Shown: positions 1 to 11,263, counted from the stretch's first letter. The stretch: 64,000 nt of DNA from an uncultured Actinomycetes bacterium (GCA_963784675.1 CAWASE010000019.1:1408-65407), one strand, 5' to 3'. Translations and numbers: made by a program. The notes: generated by a model from the letters alone, not told the origin.

Positions 1-867
1 GTCGAACGGCTCCGATCGCTCGGACGCATCTACGAGTCCGACGGCGCCACCTGGCTGCGCACCACCGACCTGGGCGACGACAAGGACCGCGTCGTCCTCA
101 AGAGCGACGGCGAACCTGCCTACATCTCCGGCGACCTCGCCTACTACCTCGACAAGCGCGAGCGTGGCTTCGACCGGGTGATCATCATGCTCGGCGCCGA
201 CCACCACGGCTACGTGGGACGGCTGATGGCCATGTGCGCAGCCTTCGGTGACACGCCCGGGGTGAACCTGGAGATCCGCATCGGCCAGCTGGTCAACCTG
301 CTCCGCGACGGTCAGCCGTTGCGCATGAGCAAGCGGGCCGGCACGGTGCTGAGGCTGGAGGACCTCGTCGACGCCGTCGGGGTCGACGCCGCGCGCTACG
401 CGCTGGCCCGGTCCAGCCCCGACAGCATGCTCGACATCGACCTCGAGCTCTGGTCGCGGCAGAGCAGCGACAACCCGGTCTTCTACGTCCAGTACGCGGC
501 GACGCGGGCCGCCTCGGTGCTGCGCAACGCGAGCGAGCTGGGGATCGTGGAGCCGGACGTCCAGGATGTCGATCTGGCGCTGCTGGCGACCCCGTACGAA
601 GGCGAGCTGCTCAAGGCGCTGGCCGAGTTCCCGCAGGTCGTCGCCACCGCCGCCGAGCTGCGCGAGCCGCACCGCATCGCGCGCTACCTGGAGGAGAAGG
701 TGGCCAAGAGCGCCCAGCGCTTCTGGGACGAGTGCCAGGTGCTGCCCAAGGGTGACGAGGCCGTCGCCGAGACCACCGGCCCGCGGCTGCTGCTGTGGCG
801 GGCCACCCGCACGGTGCTGGAGAACGGCCTCGCCCTGCTCGGCGTGCGCGCCCCGGAACGCATGTGA
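1..867 (+). CDS. argS: arginyl-tRNA synthetase, C-terminal part (5' end outside window)
   Basis: Frame 1 is open from base 1 ([57 protein letters not shown]...[11 protein letters not shown]) and runs into an anticodon-binding-type C-terminus ending GVRAPERM. High GC3. Stop TGA 865-867 overlaps the lysA start. Confidence 0.9.
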   Translation, partial: VERLRSLGRIYESDGATWLRTTDLGDDKDRVVLKSDGEPAYISGDLAYYLDKRERGFDRVIIMLGADHHGYVGRLMAMCAAFGDTPGVNLEIRIGQLVNLLRDGQPLRMSKRAGTVLRLEDLVDAVGVDAARYALARSSPDSMLDIDLELWSRQSSDNPVFYVQYAATRAASVLRNASELGIVEPDVQDVDLALLATPYEGELLKALAEFPQVVATAAELREPHRIARYLEEKVAKSAQRFWDECQVLPKGDEAVAETTGPRLLLWRATRTVLENGLALLGVRAPERM

Positions 868-2189
868 CCGCCGTGCTGCCCGCCACCGACCTCGAGCCCG
901 CCGTCTGGCCGATCGGGGCCCGGCGCTCGGCCGAGGGCGTGCTGGAGATCGCGGGTGTCGACGTCCGGGATCTCGCGGCCGAGTTCGGTACGCCCGCCTA
1001 CGTCCTGGACGAGGACGACTTCCGCACCCGCTGCCGCGACTGGCGGGCGGCGTTCGAGGGCGCCGACGTCTACTACGCCGGCAAGGCGTTCCTGTGCACC
1101 GCCGTGGCCCGCTGGGTCGACGAGGAAGGGCTGAGCCTGGACGTCTGCACCGGTGGCGAGCTCGCCGTCGCGCTGCGGGCCGGCTTCCCGACCGAGCGGC
1201 TGCTGTTCCACGGGAACAACAAGAGCGTCGCCGAGCTCGAGCGCGCGGTGGCCGCCGGTGTGGGGCGCATCGTCGTCGACAGCTTCGACGAGCTGGTGCG
1301 GCTCGCCGCCGTCGCCGAGCGCGCCGGGGTGCGACAGCGCATCTACCTGCGCGTCACGCCCGGCGTCGAGGCGCACACGCACGAGTACGTGCAGACCGGT
1401 CAGGAGGATCAGAAGTTCGGGTTCAGCCTGGCCAGCGGCGCGGCCGCCGAGGCGCTGCGCCGCACCCTGACCCTGTCCAGCCTGGAGCTGGTCGGTCTGC
1501 ACTGCCACATCGGCTCGCACATCTTCGACACCCGCGGCTTCTCGTTGGCGGCCCACCGCATGGTCGGGCTGCTCGCCGAGGTCCGCGCCGAGCACGGCGT
1601 CGAGCTGCCCGAGCTCGACCTGGGCGGCGGCACCGGCATCGCCTACACCAGCGCCGACGACCCGATGCCGGTCCAGGAGATCGCCGACGGGCTGCGCGCC
1701 ATCGTCGAGCGCGAGTGCACGGCCGCCGGGCTGGCCGTGCCCCGGCTCGCCGTCGAACCGGGGCGCGCGATCGCCGGCCCGACCACCGTCACGCTGTACG
1801 AGGTCGGCACCGTGAAGGAGCTGCCGGGCCTGCGCACCTATGTCAGCGTCGACGGCGGCATGAGCGACAACATCCGCACCGCGCTCTACGACGCCCGCTA
1901 CACCGCGGTGCTGGCCTCGCGCTCCTCGACAGCACCCCCGGCCAACGTCACGCTGTGCGGAAAGCACTGCGAGAGCGGCGACATCGTCGTGCACGACGTG
2001 CCGCTGCCCGGCGACCTGACCCCGGGTGACCTCGTCGCCGTGCCGGCCTCGGGCGCCTACCACCGCTCGATGGCCAGCAACTACAACCACGTCCCTCGCC
2101 CGCCCGTCGTCGTGGTGCGGGGCGGCGCCGCGCGCGTGATCGTCCGGCGCGAGACCGAGGACGACCTGCTCGCCCTGGACGCGCCATGA
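864..2189 (+). CDS. lysA: diaminopimelate decarboxylase
   Basis: GTG 864 overlaps the argS stop (GTGA). PLP-lysine context [10 protein letters not shown], plus [13 protein letters not shown] and CESGD motifs of group IV decarboxylases. 441 aa. Confidence 0.9.
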   Translation: MTAVLPATDLEPAVWPIGARRSAEGVLEIAGVDVRDLAAEFGTPAYVLDEDDFRTRCRDWRAAFEGADVYYAGKAFLCTAVARWVDEEGLSLDVCTGGELAVALRAGFPTERLLFHGNNKSVAELERAVAAGVGRIVVDSFDELVRLAAVAERAGVRQRIYLRVTPGVEAHTHEYVQTGQEDQKFGFSLASGAAAEALRRTLTLSSLELVGLHCHIGSHIFDTRGFSLAAHRMVGLLAEVRAEHGVELPELDLGGGTGIAYTSADDPMPVQEIADGLRAIVERECTAAGLAVPRLAVEPGRAIAGPTTVTLYEVGTVKELPGLRTYVSVDGGMSDNIRTALYDARYTAVLASRSSTAPPANVTLCGKHCESGDIVVHDVPLPGDLTPGDLVAVPASGAYHRSMASNYNHVPRPPVVVVRGGAARVIVRRETEDDLLALDAP

Positions 2190-2386
2190 TCGAGCGCCGG
2201 GTGGACGAACCGGGCCTGGAGCTCGGCGACTGGCTCCGCTACGGGTTCCTGCTGTTCCTGGCCTCGCTGGTGTTCGTCATCCTGTACGGCACCCGGCCCT
2301 ACCCCTTCGCCTCGCTGCTGGCGGTGTACCTGCTCGCCGGCACGTCGGGGCTGCTGTTCGTGCGCTGGCGACGGAGCCGGTCGTGA
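2186..2386 (+). CDS. small membrane protein (2 predicted TM helices), unknown function
   Basis: ATG 2186 overlaps the lysA stop (ATGA). 66 aa, high GC3, hydrophobic stretches [16 protein letters not shown] and [16 protein letters not shown]. Confidence 0.6.
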   Translation: MIERRVDEPGLELGDWLRYGFLLFLASLVFVILYGTRPYPFASLLAVYLLAGTSGLLFVRWRRSRS

Positions 2387-2637
2387 ACCGGGGACCGGAC
2401 AGTCGGCTCGGCGTCCTGCTGGCGGTGGCGCTGCTGGGGGTCGCGCTGGCGCTCGGACTGGTCGTCGGCAGCCTGCTCGGCCCGTGGGTCGCCGGCGGCT
2501 ACGCCGTCCTGACCGTCACCGGGCTGCTGTTCGCCGGCGCGAAGGGTCGCCGGTTGCTCGCGCCGGCACCTGCGCCGGCGGGACGTTCCTGCACCTGCTG
2601 CACCACCTCGCAGCACGACCCTGTCAAGGTCCTGTGA
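2383..2637 (+). CDS. small membrane protein with Cys-rich tail (CTCCTT), unknown function
   Basis: GTG 2383 overlaps the upstream stop (GTGA) and its own stop overlaps the hom ATG (GTGATGA). 84 aa, high GC3, two hydrophobic helices. Confidence 0.55.
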   Translation: MNRGPDSRLGVLLAVALLGVALALGLVVGSLLGPWVAGGYAVLTVTGLLFAGAKGRRLLAPAPAPAGRSCTCCTTSQHDPVKVL

Positions 2638-3938
2638 TGAGCACCCCCCGGGCCGACGGTCCGCTGCGCGTCGCCCTGCTCGGGTGCGGCACCGTCGGCG
2701 CCGAGGTCGTGCGGCTGCTGGCCACCTCGCGCGAGGATCTCGCCGCGCGCATCGGCGTCCCGCTCGAGCTGGTCGGCATCGCGGTGCGCCGTCCTGGTCG
2801 GGTGCGCGACCTGCCCGTCGACACCGACCTGTTCACCACCGACGCCGCTGCCCTGGTCGCGCGCGCCGACGTCGACCTCGTCGTCGAGGTGATCGGCGGC
2901 ATCGAACCGGCCCGCACGCTGATCCTGGCGGCGCTCGAAGCCGGCAAGAGCGTCGTCACCGCGAACAAGGCGCTGCTGGCCGAGGACGGCGCCACCCTGC
3001 ACGCGGCCGCGGCCAGGGCCGGCGCCGACCTCTACTACGAGGCCAGCGTCGCCGGCGCCATCCCGTTGCTGCGGCCGCTGCAGGAGTCGCTGGCCGGCGA
3101 CCACATCACCCGCGTCACCGGCATCGTCAACGGCACCACCAACTTCGTCCTGACCCGCATGGACGAGACCGGCGCGGGCTTCGCCGACGCGCTCGACGAG
3201 GCCACCGCGCTGGGCTACGCCGAGGCCGACCCGACCGCCGACGTCGAGGGCTTCGACGCCGCCGCCAAGACCGCCATCCTGGCCGGGCTGGCCTTCCACA
3301 CCCGCGTCGTCGCGGCCGACGTGCACCGCGAGGGCATCACCGAGGTCACCGCCGCCGACGTCGCCAGCGCCAAGGCGATGGGGTGCGTGGTGAAGCTGCT
3401 GGCCATCGCCGAGCGCGAGGGCGACGGCGTCAGCGTGCGCGTGCACCCGGCCATGATCCCGCGCACCCACCCGCTCGGCACCGTGCGCGAGGCCTACAAC
3501 GCCGTGTTCGTCGAGGCCGAGAGCGCCGGCCGGCTGATGTTCTACGGCCCCGGCGCCGGCGGCGCTCCGACCGCCAGCGCGGTGCTGGGCGACCTCGTCG
3601 CTGTGGCGCGCAACGCGCTGTCGGGGGCGCGCGGGGCCGGCGCGTCCGACTATGCCGAGCTGCGCGTGCGTCCCATGGGTGAGGTCGTCACGAGGTACCA
3701 CATCAGCCTCGACGTCGCCGACAAGGCCGGCGTGCTGATGGCGGTAGCCGGGGCGTTCTCCGACCATGACGTCTCGATCCGCACCGTCCGGCAGGAGGGG
3801 CACGGCGACGACGCGAGCCTGGTCGTGGTGACGCACACCGCCACCGACGCGGCGCTGTCGGCGGTCGTCGAGCAGCTGCGCGGGCTCGACAGCGTGCGCG
3901 CCGTGGCCTCGGTCATGCGGGTGGAGGGACAGGCGTGA
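2637..3938 (+). CDS. hom: homoserine dehydrogenase
   Basis: ATG 2637. N-terminal Rossmann start [25 protein letters not shown] motif, ACT-like C-terminus. 433 aa. Position between lysA and thrC. Confidence 0.9.
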   Translation: MSTPRADGPLRVALLGCGTVGAEVVRLLATSREDLAARIGVPLELVGIAVRRPGRVRDLPVDTDLFTTDAAALVARADVDLVVEVIGGIEPARTLILAALEAGKSVVTANKALLAEDGATLHAAAARAGADLYYEASVAGAIPLLRPLQESLAGDHITRVTGIVNGTTNFVLTRMDETGAGFADALDEATALGYAEADPTADVEGFDAAAKTAILAGLAFHTRVVAADVHREGITEVTAADVASAKAMGCVVKLLAIAEREGDGVSVRVHPAMIPRTHPLGTVREAYNAVFVEAESAGRLMFYGPGAGGAPTASAVLGDLVAVARNALSGARGAGASDYAELRVRPMGEVVTRYHISLDVADKAGVLMAVAGAFSDHDVSIRTVRQEGHGDDASLVVVTHTATDAALSAVVEQLRGLDSVRAVASVMRVEGQA

Positions 3939-3960
3939 GAACCGGACGAGGGAGCGGGCG

Positions 3961-5037
3961 ATGACCATGACCACCCAGGCCTGGGCCGGCTGGCGCGGGT
4001 TGATCGAGACCTATCGCGACCGGCTGCCGGTCACCGCCGACACGCCTGTCATCACGCTGATGGAGGGCGGTACGCCGCTGGTGCCGGCCCGCGGGCTGTC
4101 CGAGCGCACCGGAGCCGACGTCTGGCTCAAGGTCGAGGGAGCCAACCCCACCGGGTCCTTCAAGGATCGCGGCATGACGATGGCCATCAGCAAGGCGGTC
4201 GAGGCCGGCTCGCAGGCGGTCATCTGCGCCAGCACCGGCAACACCAGCGCCAGCGCCGCCGCGTATGCCGCCAAGGCCGGGCTCACCTGCGCCGTCCTGG
4301 TGCCCGAGGGCAAGATTGCGATGGGCAAGCTGGCGCAGGCGCTGGTGCACGGCGCGCGGCTGCTGCAGGTGCAGGGCAACTTCGACGACTGCCTGGACCT
4401 GTGCCGGGCGCTGTCGGAGAACTACGCGACGACGCTCGTGAACTCGGTCAACCCCGACCGCATCGACGGCCAGAAGACCGCTGCGTTCGAGATCTGCGAC
4501 GCCCTCGGCGACGCCCCCGACGTGCACTGCCTGCCGGTCGGCAACGCCGGCAACATCACCGCCTACTGGAAGGGCTACCGCGAGTACGCCGCCGATGCCG
4601 TCAGCAGTCGGCTCCCGCGGATGCTCGGCTTCCAGGCAGCCGGCGCCGCGCCGATCGTGAACGGGGCCCGGGTGCTTGCTCCCTCCACGATCGCGACGGC
4701 CATCCGGATCGGCAACCCGGCGTCGTGGCAGCAGGCCCTGGACGCGCGGGACGAGTCCGGCGGCGTCATCCAGTCCGTCACCGACCGGCAGATCCTGTCG
4801 GCCTATCGGCTGCTGGCGCAGACCGAGGGCGTGTTCGTCGAACCGGCGTCGGCGGCGAGCGTCGCCGGGCTGCTGCAGGCCGTGGACGCCGGCCTGGTCG
4901 TGGCGGGCGAGCGGGTCGTCTGCACCGTGACGGGCAACGGCCTGAAGGATCCGGAGTGGGCCATCTCCGGTGCGCCGAAGCCGGTCACGGTCGCCAACAG
5001 CGCGGAGGCGGCGGCCGCGGCCCTCGGACTCTCCTGA
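3961..5037 (+). CDS. thrC: threonine synthase
   Basis: PLP-lysine motif [11 protein letters not shown]. 358 aa. GGGAG 9 nt upstream of ATG 3961. Confidence 0.92.
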   Translation: MTMTTQAWAGWRGLIETYRDRLPVTADTPVITLMEGGTPLVPARGLSERTGADVWLKVEGANPTGSFKDRGMTMAISKAVEAGSQAVICASTGNTSASAAAYAAKAGLTCAVLVPEGKIAMGKLAQALVHGARLLQVQGNFDDCLDLCRALSENYATTLVNSVNPDRIDGQKTAAFEICDALGDAPDVHCLPVGNAGNITAYWKGYREYAADAVSSRLPRMLGFQAAGAAPIVNGARVLAPSTIATAIRIGNPASWQQALDARDESGGVIQSVTDRQILSAYRLLAQTEGVFVEPASAASVAGLLQAVDAGLVVAGERVVCTVTGNGLKDPEWAISGAPKPVTVANSAEAAAAALGLS

Positions 5038-6299
5038 GGGCGTCGGCGGGCAGCGGCCCGAGCGACAGCGGCGGCTACCTGGACCTGCTCCGCCGCGAAC
5101 CGGACTTCCGCCGCACGTATCTGGCCCAGCTGATCGCCCTGGGCGGCGACTGGTTCGCGATCATCCCGCTGCTGGTGCTGCTGCCCGGGCTCACCGGCAC
5201 CGGCCTGTGGGGCGCCCTGGTCCTGGCGGCCGACACGCTGGTGTTCGCCCTCGTCTCGCCGTACGCCGGCACGGTCGTCGACCGGCTGGACCGGCGCCGG
5301 GTGATCGTCGGTGCGAACCTCGTCGCGGGCGTGGCGGCGCTGCTGCTGCTGGCGGTCCGCACCTCGGCCACCGCCTGGGTCGCGCTGGTGGCCATCGGCA
5401 TCGTCGCCGCGGCCAAGGCCTTCGCACAGCCGGCCAGTGCCGCCGCCCTGCCCAACCTCGTCGGCCCGGCTGACCTGCAGCGGGCGAGCGTGCTGGCAGG
5501 TGCGTCCTGGGGCACCATGCTGGCCGTCGGCGCAGGGCTCGGCGGTCTGGTGTCCGGCACGCTCGGCAACGACGTCTGCTTCGTCCTGGACGCCGTGCTG
5601 CTGCTCGGCGCGGCGGGGCTCACGGCCCGCACGACGACCCCCTTCAGCGACCCGTCCGCGCCGGTGCGCGAGCGCCGGCCGGTGCATGCCGACGTCGGGG
5701 AGGCGCTCGGGCACGCCCGCCGCGACCGGCGGGTGCTCGCGCTGATGACCTGCAAGAGCGGGCCGGCCTTCGGCAACGGAGCCCTGAGCCTGTTCCCGCT
5801 CTACGGCGCGGCCGCGTTCGGGCTCGGGCCGCTCGGTATCGGGCTGATGTACAGCGCGCGTGGCGTCGGCGCGCTGCTCGGACCGCTCGTGCTGCGGCGC
5901 CGGGCCGCCGACCCGGACCGGCTGTACCCGCTGCTCGGTGCGTCGATGGCCGTGTTCGGCCTGGGCTATCTGGCGCTGGGGGTGACGCCCTGGTTCCCGC
6001 TGGTGCTCGTGCTGCTCGTCGTCGCGCACGCCGGCGGCGGGGCGAACTGGATCCTGTCGACCTACGGCCTGCAGGCCACCGTCCCGGACGCCCTGCGGGG
6101 CAGGGTCTTCAGCGCCGACTACACCCTCGCCACCCTCGTGATCGCCGGCAGCCAAGGCGTCTTCGGGGTGCTGTCGGACCACGTACCGGCGCGGGACCTG
6201 CTCGCTCTGGCCGGCCTGCTCGTGCTCGGCTACGCGGCGTGCTGGACGCTCGCGACCCGCGCCGTGCGCTCGCCCACGGCCACTGTGGAGCCACGGTGA
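4956..6299 (+). CDS. MFS-type transporter (start uncertain)
   Basis: Long hydrophobic polytopic ORF with an MFS-like N-terminus [26 protein letters not shown]. There is no in-frame ATG. Candidate starts are GTG 4956 (82-nt overlap with thrC) or CTG 5034. The stop overlaps the thrB GTG. Confidence 0.7.
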   Translation: MGHLRCAEAGHGRQQRGGGGRGPRTLLRASAGSGPSDSGGYLDLLRREPDFRRTYLAQLIALGGDWFAIIPLLVLLPGLTGTGLWGALVLAADTLVFALVSPYAGTVVDRLDRRRVIVGANLVAGVAALLLLAVRTSATAWVALVAIGIVAAAKAFAQPASAAALPNLVGPADLQRASVLAGASWGTMLAVGAGLGGLVSGTLGNDVCFVLDAVLLLGAAGLTARTTTPFSDPSAPVRERRPVHADVGEALGHARRDRRVLALMTCKSGPAFGNGALSLFPLYGAAAFGLGPLGIGLMYSARGVGALLGPLVLRRRAADPDRLYPLLGASMAVFGLGYLALGVTPWFPLVLVLLVVAHAGGGANWILSTYGLQATVPDALRGRVFSADYTLATLVIAGSQGVFGVLSDHVPARDLLALAGLLVLGYAACWTLATRAVRSPTATVEPR

Positions 6300-7201
6300 C
6301 CTTCCTCGACGGGTCGGTGCACGTGCGGGTGCCGGCCACCAGCGCCAACCTGGGCCCCGGCTTCGACAGCGCCGGGCTGGCGCTCGCCCTGCACGACGAC
6401 GTGATCGTGCAGGTGACCGGCTCCGGGCTGGACGTACAGGTGCAGGGTCAGGGCGCCGACGACGTCCCCCGCGGCGAGGACCACCTGATCGTGGCGAGCC
6501 TCCGGGCCGTCTTCGGCCGGCTCGGGGTCCGAGCGCCAGGACTGTCGGTGCGCTGCACCAACCGCATCCCGCACGCCCGCGGGCTGGGATCGTCCTCGGC
6601 GGCGATCGTCGCCGCGGTGGTGGCCGCCCGTGCGCTGGTACCGGCGGCGGTGCTGGACGACGACGCCGCGCTGCGACTGGCCGACGAGCTCGAGGGGCAC
6701 CCGGACAACGTCGCCGCGTGCCTGCGCGGGGGCGCGACGTTCGCCTGGACCGAACCCGCGGGCGCCCGCGTCGTCCGCCTCGACCCCCATACCGAGCTGG
6801 CCCCGGTTGCGTTCGTGCCCTCGACCACAGCGTCCACGCACGCGGTCCGGGGGCTGCTGCCGGCCACCGTGCCCTACGCCGACGCGGTGCTGAACGCTTC
6901 CCGCGCAGGGCTTCTCGCGCACGCGCTGACCGCCGACCCGACGCTGCTGCTCGCCGCCACCGAGGACCGCCTGCACCAGCAGTACCGGGCACCGGCGATG
7001 CCGGCCACGGCGGCGCTGGTGGCGTCGCTGCGCGCCCGCGGGATCGCGGCGGTGGTCAGCGGGGCAGGCCCCACCGTGCTGGCCCTCGTGACGCGGTCCG
7101 ACCGGTCGGCGCTGCTCGCGGACCTGCCGGGCTGGTCCGTGCTGGCGCTCGAGGTCGAACCCCGCGGTGCCTACGTCGTCCCGAGAGGGAAGGTGCCGTG
7201 A
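6296..7201 (+). CDS. thrB: homoserine kinase
   Basis: GTG 6296 overlaps the MFS stop (GTGA). PATSANLGPGFD and the GHMP-kinase motif PHARGLGSSSAAIVA. 301 aa. Confidence 0.9.
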   Translation: MTFLDGSVHVRVPATSANLGPGFDSAGLALALHDDVIVQVTGSGLDVQVQGQGADDVPRGEDHLIVASLRAVFGRLGVRAPGLSVRCTNRIPHARGLGSSSAAIVAAVVAARALVPAAVLDDDAALRLADELEGHPDNVAACLRGGATFAWTEPAGARVVRLDPHTELAPVAFVPSTTASTHAVRGLLPATVPYADAVLNASRAGLLAHALTADPTLLLAATEDRLHQQYRAPAMPATAALVASLRARGIAAVVSGAGPTVLALVTRSDRSALLADLPGWSVLALEVEPRGAYVVPRGKVP

Positions 7202-7426
7202 CGGCAGCCCGCGAGAGGGTCGCTCTGCGTGTAGGCTGAGAGTTGCACCAGGAGCCCCACGAAGGGCCGGTGCTCGTTGCCGGGCCGCGTGACCCGAGAC
7301 CAGATCTGTGTCGACAGTCCGGTCCCGCGTCGGCGCGAGGCTCGTGCGCCGACCGGCCACTCGGCCGGATGCACCCTCACCGCCTCGCCGCACCCGCGGC
7401 CGGCGGCACCTCCAGGAGGACCGTCC

Positions 7427-9586
7427 TTGACCGACACCACCGACCTGCTGACGGCGTCTGCCGCGCAGGACGACCCCGCCGCTGCCGCCCCGAACACCCG
7501 TCGACGGGTCGCCGGCGGCGGTCTCGCTGCCAAGGTGCTGCCCGAGCTGCAGGCGATGGCCGGTGAGCTCGGCATCACCGGGGTGGCACGGCTGCGCAAG
7601 AGCCAGCTGATCGAGGCCATCCAGGCCAAGCAGAGCGGTGCGGGCGCCGCACCGAGCGCCACCGCCGCCGCTCCGAGCCCGCAGACCGGGGGACCCAGCC
7701 AAGAGCCGGCGACCCCTGAGCCGCAGGAGTCGTCGGGCGGCGCCCGACCGCCGCGCACCGCCCGCCGGGCCGCCTCCCGGCCCGCCGGCGAGCCCAGCGC
7801 CGCCCAGGGCACGTCCGCCCGGGGCAACGACGCCGTCGACAGCAACGAGTCTGCTCCGCGCGACGCGCCCCGTGAAGGCAGCGACTCCCGTGAAGGCAGC
7901 GACTCTCGTGACAGCAGCGACTCCCGCGACAGCGACGACGGCAGCAGCGAGCGCATCGACCGTGGCCGCGAGCGCTTCCTCGAGCGCGAGGCGCGACGGC
8001 AGGAGCGGCTGGCCGCGCAAGCTGCTGGCGACGCGGACGGTCCGGGCGACCGGGTCGGGCAGCGCCAGCAGCGCCTGCAGGGCGATCGACCCCAGAACGA
8101 CCGCGCGCAGAACGACCGCGGCCCGAACGACCGCGTGCAGAACGACCGCACGCAGAACGACCGCACGCAGAACGACCGCGGCCCGAACGACCGCACGCAG
8201 AACGACCGCGGCCCGAACGACCGCACGCAGAACGACCGCGGCCCGAACGACCGCGCGCAGCAGGACCGGCAGCAGGCAGACCGGCAGCAGAGCGACCGCG
8301 GCCCGACCGACGGCGGTCTGTCCCCGGCCGGCGACGACGACGAGTTCGGCAGCCGCCGGGGCCGCTTCCGCGAGCGCGGTCGGGGTCGCAGCCGAAACCG
8401 CCAGGACCGGTTCGGCAACGAGTCCGACCCCATCGTGGGCGACGACGACGTGCTGCTGCCGGTCGGCGGCATCCTGGACATCCTCGACAACTACGGCTTC
8501 GTCCGCACCTCCGGCTACCTGACCGGCCCCAACGACGTGTACGTCTCGCTGCAGCAGGTGCGCAAGTACGGCCTGCGGCGCGGGGACGCCGTCACCGGCG
8601 CCGTCCGGCAGCAGCGCGAGGGCGAGCGCAAGGACAAGTACAACGCCCTGGTCCGGCTCGACACCGTCAACGGCCTGGACCCGGAAGAGGCTAAGACCAG
8701 GCCCGACTTCACCAAGCTCACGCCGCTCTACCCGCAGGACCGTCTGCGGCTGGAGACCGAGCCGAACCTGCTCACCACGAGGGTCATCGACCTGGTGATG
8801 CCGGTCGGCAAGGGCCAGCGCGCGCTGATCGTCAGCCCGCCCAAGGCCGGCAAGACGATGGTGCTGCAGGCGATCGCCAACGCGATCACCCGCAACAACC
8901 CTGAGGTCCACCTCATGGTCGTGCTCGTCGACGAGCGGCCGGAAGAGGTCACGGACATGCAGCGGTCGGTGAAGGGCGAGGTCATCGCCTCCACCTTCGA
9001 CCGGCCGCCTGCCGACCACATCACCGTCGCCGAGCTGAGCATCGAGCGGGCCAAGCGGCTGGTCGAGCTGGGTCACGACGTCGTCGTGCTGCTGGACTCG
9101 ATCACCCGGCTCGGCCGCGCCTACAACCTCGGCGCCCCGGCGTCCGGACGCATCCTCACCGGCGGTGTCGACTCGGCAGCGCTGTACCCGCCCAAGCGCT
9201 TCCTCGGCGCCGCGCGCAACATCGAGAACGGCGGCTCGCTGACCATCTTCGCGACCGCCCTGGTCGAGACCGGCTCGGCCATGGACACCGTCATCTTCGA
9301 GGAGTTCAAGGGCACCGGCAACGCCGAGCTCAAGCTCGACCGGCGGCTCGCGGACAAGCGCATCTTCCCGGCGATCGACGTCGACGCCTCCGGCACCCGC
9401 AAGGAAGAGCTGCTGCTGGCACCCGAGGAGCTGCGCATCACCCTGCAGCTGCGACGGGTCCTGCACGCCCTGGACACCGGGGCCAGCCTGGAGCTGCTGC
9501 TGGACAAGATGAAGAAGACCCGGACCAACGTCGAGTTCCTCATGCAGATCCAGAAGACGACCGTCCCCGAGCCCGAAGCCAAGTAG
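7427..9586 (+). CDS. rho: transcription termination factor Rho with a long N-terminal insertion domain
   Basis: TTG 7427 with AGGAGG 7 nt upstream. Rho_N helices ([29 protein letters not shown]), a low-complexity insert, a CSD-like domain ([18 protein letters not shown]), Walker A PPKAGKT and Walker [11 protein letters not shown]. 719 aa. Confidence 0.93.
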   Translation: MTDTTDLLTASAAQDDPAAAAPNTRRRVAGGGLAAKVLPELQAMAGELGITGVARLRKSQLIEAIQAKQSGAGAAPSATAAAPSPQTGGPSQEPATPEPQESSGGARPPRTARRAASRPAGEPSAAQGTSARGNDAVDSNESAPRDAPREGSDSREGSDSRDSSDSRDSDDGSSERIDRGRERFLEREARRQERLAAQAAGDADGPGDRVGQRQQRLQGDRPQNDRAQNDRGPNDRVQNDRTQNDRTQNDRGPNDRTQNDRGPNDRTQNDRGPNDRAQQDRQQADRQQSDRGPTDGGLSPAGDDDEFGSRRGRFRERGRGRSRNRQDRFGNESDPIVGDDDVLLPVGGILDILDNYGFVRTSGYLTGPNDVYVSLQQVRKYGLRRGDAVTGAVRQQREGERKDKYNALVRLDTVNGLDPEEAKTRPDFTKLTPLYPQDRLRLETEPNLLTTRVIDLVMPVGKGQRALIVSPPKAGKTMVLQAIANAITRNNPEVHLMVVLVDERPEEVTDMQRSVKGEVIASTFDRPPADHITVAELSIERAKRLVELGHDVVVLLDSITRLGRAYNLGAPASGRILTGGVDSAALYPPKRFLGAARNIENGGSLTIFATALVETGSAMDTVIFEEFKGTGNAELKLDRRLADKRIFPAIDVDASGTRKEELLLAPEELRITLQLRRVLHALDTGASLELLLDKMKKTRTNVEFLMQIQKTTVPEPEAK
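7871..7942 (+). repeat. in-frame 18-nt tandem repeat x4 inside rho ([24 protein letters not shown])
   Basis: Direct reading: cgtgaaggcagcgactcc, cgtgaaggcagcgactct, cgtgacagcagcgactcc, cgcgacagcgacgacggc. Confidence 0.9.
8084..8308 (+). repeat. in-frame 15-nt tandem repeat x15 inside rho (pentapeptide DRxxN), with a perfect 30-nt higher-order unit x3 at 8159-8248
   Basis: Codons read [75 protein letters not shown]. The unit gaccgcacgcagaacgaccgcggcccgaac is repeated three times without mismatch. Confidence 0.95.
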
Positions 9587-9887
9587 CGTCCACAGGCTCC
9601 CTCGCGCGAGCCCGTGACCGCGTTGGCCGAGTTTCGTGCCGAGTACCAGCAGCACACCCACGGCGAGTCCTGAGCGCCTGATCGGCGCGGCCAGCCGACC
9701 CCCGGCGCGAGCGCGGCGTGGGCGAGACGTGGTGTTCGCCTCGGCGGTGCGAGCCCGGGCATGAGGGCCGGCGGCCCGGTGTTGTCCTTGTCGGTGCGCC
9801 GTTCTGGCACACTGGTCCCCGCACGAGCACCGGTTCCCCGCGGACACTGTCGCGGACCCGGCGGCTCTCCGACCGAGAGGCACAGCC

Positions 9888-10100
9888 ATGAAGGCCGACA
9901 TCCACCCCACGTACGTGGACACCACGGTGACCTGCACCTGCGGGAACACGTTCACCACGCGCAGCACCAACGGCAGCGGCAGCATCAGCGCCGACGTCTG
10001 CTCGCAGTGCCACCCGTTCTACACGGGCAAGCAGAAGATCCTCGACACCGGTGGCCGCGTGGCCCGGTTCGAGCAGCGCTTCGGCAAGCGCTCCAAGTAG
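9888..10100 (+). CDS. rpmE: 50S ribosomal protein L31 (Zn-ribbon type A)
   Basis: 70 aa starting MKADIHPTY. Cys ligands in TCTCGN and [18 protein letters not shown] upstream. Confidence 0.95.
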   Translation: MKADIHPTYVDTTVTCTCGNTFTTRSTNGSGSISADVCSQCHPFYTGKQKILDTGGRVARFEQRFGKRSK

Positions 10101-10109
10101 CGACCCTGC

Positions 10110-10150
10110 GGCGCCCCTCCCCGGACTCGGGGACGGGCGCCGTTGTCGTT
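10110..10150 (+). terminator. candidate intrinsic terminator or attenuator hairpin after rpmE
   Basis: ggcgccc-c-tccccg-gact-cgggga-c-gggcgcc (7+6 bp stem, 4-nt loop) followed by gttgtcgtt. Lies 10 nt after the rpmE stop. Confidence 0.45.
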
Positions 10151-10186
10151 CCCGGATCCGCCGCCACCGCAACCACGAGGACCCCT

Positions 10187-11263
10187 ATGGCCGAGCAGCT
10201 CGGTACGCCCACCGACAACGCCCTCGCCGAGTACGCCGACCTGGAGATCGCGCTGGCCGACCCGTCGGTGCACGCCGACCAGGGCAAGGCGCGCGAGCTC
10301 GGGCGCCGCTACGCAGAGCTCGGTCCGCTCGTGGCGGCGATCCGCGAGCAGGAAGCGGTCATCGACGACCTCGCTGCCGCCCGCGAGATGGCCGCCGAGG
10401 ACAAGGACATGGCCGAGATGGCGACGCTGCTGGCCGAACAGCTCGCCACGCTCGACGCGCACATCCGCGACCTGCTGGTGCCGCGCGACCCGGCCGACGG
10501 CAAGGACTGCCTGCTCGAGGTCAAAGCCGGCGAGGGCGGGGACGAGTCGGCCCTGTTCGCCGGCGACCTCGTCCGCATGTACACCCGCTATGCCGAGCAG
10601 CGCGGCTGGAAGATCGAGACGATCAGCGCCACCGAGGGCGAGCTGGGCGGCTACAAGGACATCCAGCTGGCGGTGAAGAGCCGCGACGTCGCCGACCCGG
10701 TCTTCGGCCGGCTGAAGTACGAAGGCGGCGTCCACCGGGTCCAGCGGGTGCCGGTCACCGAGAGCCAGGGACGCATCCACACCAGCGCTGCCGGGGTGCT
10801 GGTGCTGCCCGAGGCCGAGGAGGTCGACGTCACGATCGACCAGAACGACCTGCGGATCGACGTCTACCGCTCCAGCGGTCCGGGCGGGCAGAGCGTCAAC
10901 ACCACCGACTCGGCCGTCCGCATCACCCACCTGCCCACCGGCGTCACGGTCAGCATGCAGAACGAGAAGAGCCAGCTGCAGAACCGCGAGGCCGGCATGC
11001 GGGTGCTGCGCGCGCGCCTGCTGGCGCTGGCACTGGAGGAGCAGGCGGTCAAGGACAGCGCGGTGCGGGGCGCGCAGATCCGCACCGTCGACCGCAGCGA
11101 GAAGGTCCGCACCTACAACTTCCCCGACAACCGGGTGGCCGACCACCGCAGCGGCTACAAGGCGAACAACCTCTCCCAGGTGCTCGACGGCGACCTCGAC
11201 GCCGTCATTCAGAGCCTGGTCGACGCCGACACCGCCGCCAAGCTGCAGGGTCAGGAGCAGTGA
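10187..11263 (+). CDS. prfA: peptide chain release factor 1
   Basis: ATG 10187. RF1-type PVT tripeptide and GGQ loop ([12 protein letters not shown]). 358 aa. Confidence 0.95.
   Translation: MAEQLGTPTDNALAEYADLEIALADPSVHADQGKARELGRRYAELGPLVAAIREQEAVIDDLAAAREMAAEDKDMAEMATLLAEQLATLDAHIRDLLVPRDPADGKDCLLEVKAGEGGDESALFAGDLVRMYTRYAEQRGWKIETISATEGELGGYKDIQLAVKSRDVADPVFGRLKYEGGVHRVQRVPVTESQGRIHTSAAGVLVLPEAEEVDVTIDQNDLRIDVYRSSGPGGQSVNTTDSAVRITHLPTGVTVSMQNEKSQLQNREAGMRVLRARLLALALEEQAVKDSAVRGAQIRTVDRSEKVRTYNFPDNRVADHRSGYKANNLSQVLDGDLDAVIQSLVDADTAAKLQGQEQ

Noticed and set aside
566-2029. Long same-strand alternative-frame ORFs, such as 566-2029, 2684-3682, 10051-11259 (the part upstream of prmC), 20172-21044, 37481-39259 and 43954-46047.
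   Set aside because: They overlap recognisable genes in another frame. Their translations are Arg/Pro-rich nonsense, and stop codons are simply rare in off-frames at this GC content.
9614-9673. 19-codon ORF (VTALAEFRAEYQQHTHGES) in the 300-nt rho-rpmE spacer, and possible promoter hexamers near 9790-9815.
   Set aside because: The ORF is too short to support without conservation or ribosome-profiling data. The promoter-like hexamers do not fit a convincing -35/-10 geometry.
6230-9985. 1251-aa minus-strand ORF antisense to thrB, rho and rpmE. Similar giant antisense ORFs occur at 17767-20604, 21571-23721, 44285-46879, 4803-6992 and 9540-11146.
   Set aside because: These are typical high-GC shadow ORFs. 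They lie opposite well-supported housekeeping genes, and their translations are Arg/Gly/Pro/Ala-rich low complexity with no motifs. Their third-codon positions correspond to less GC-rich positions of the real frame.
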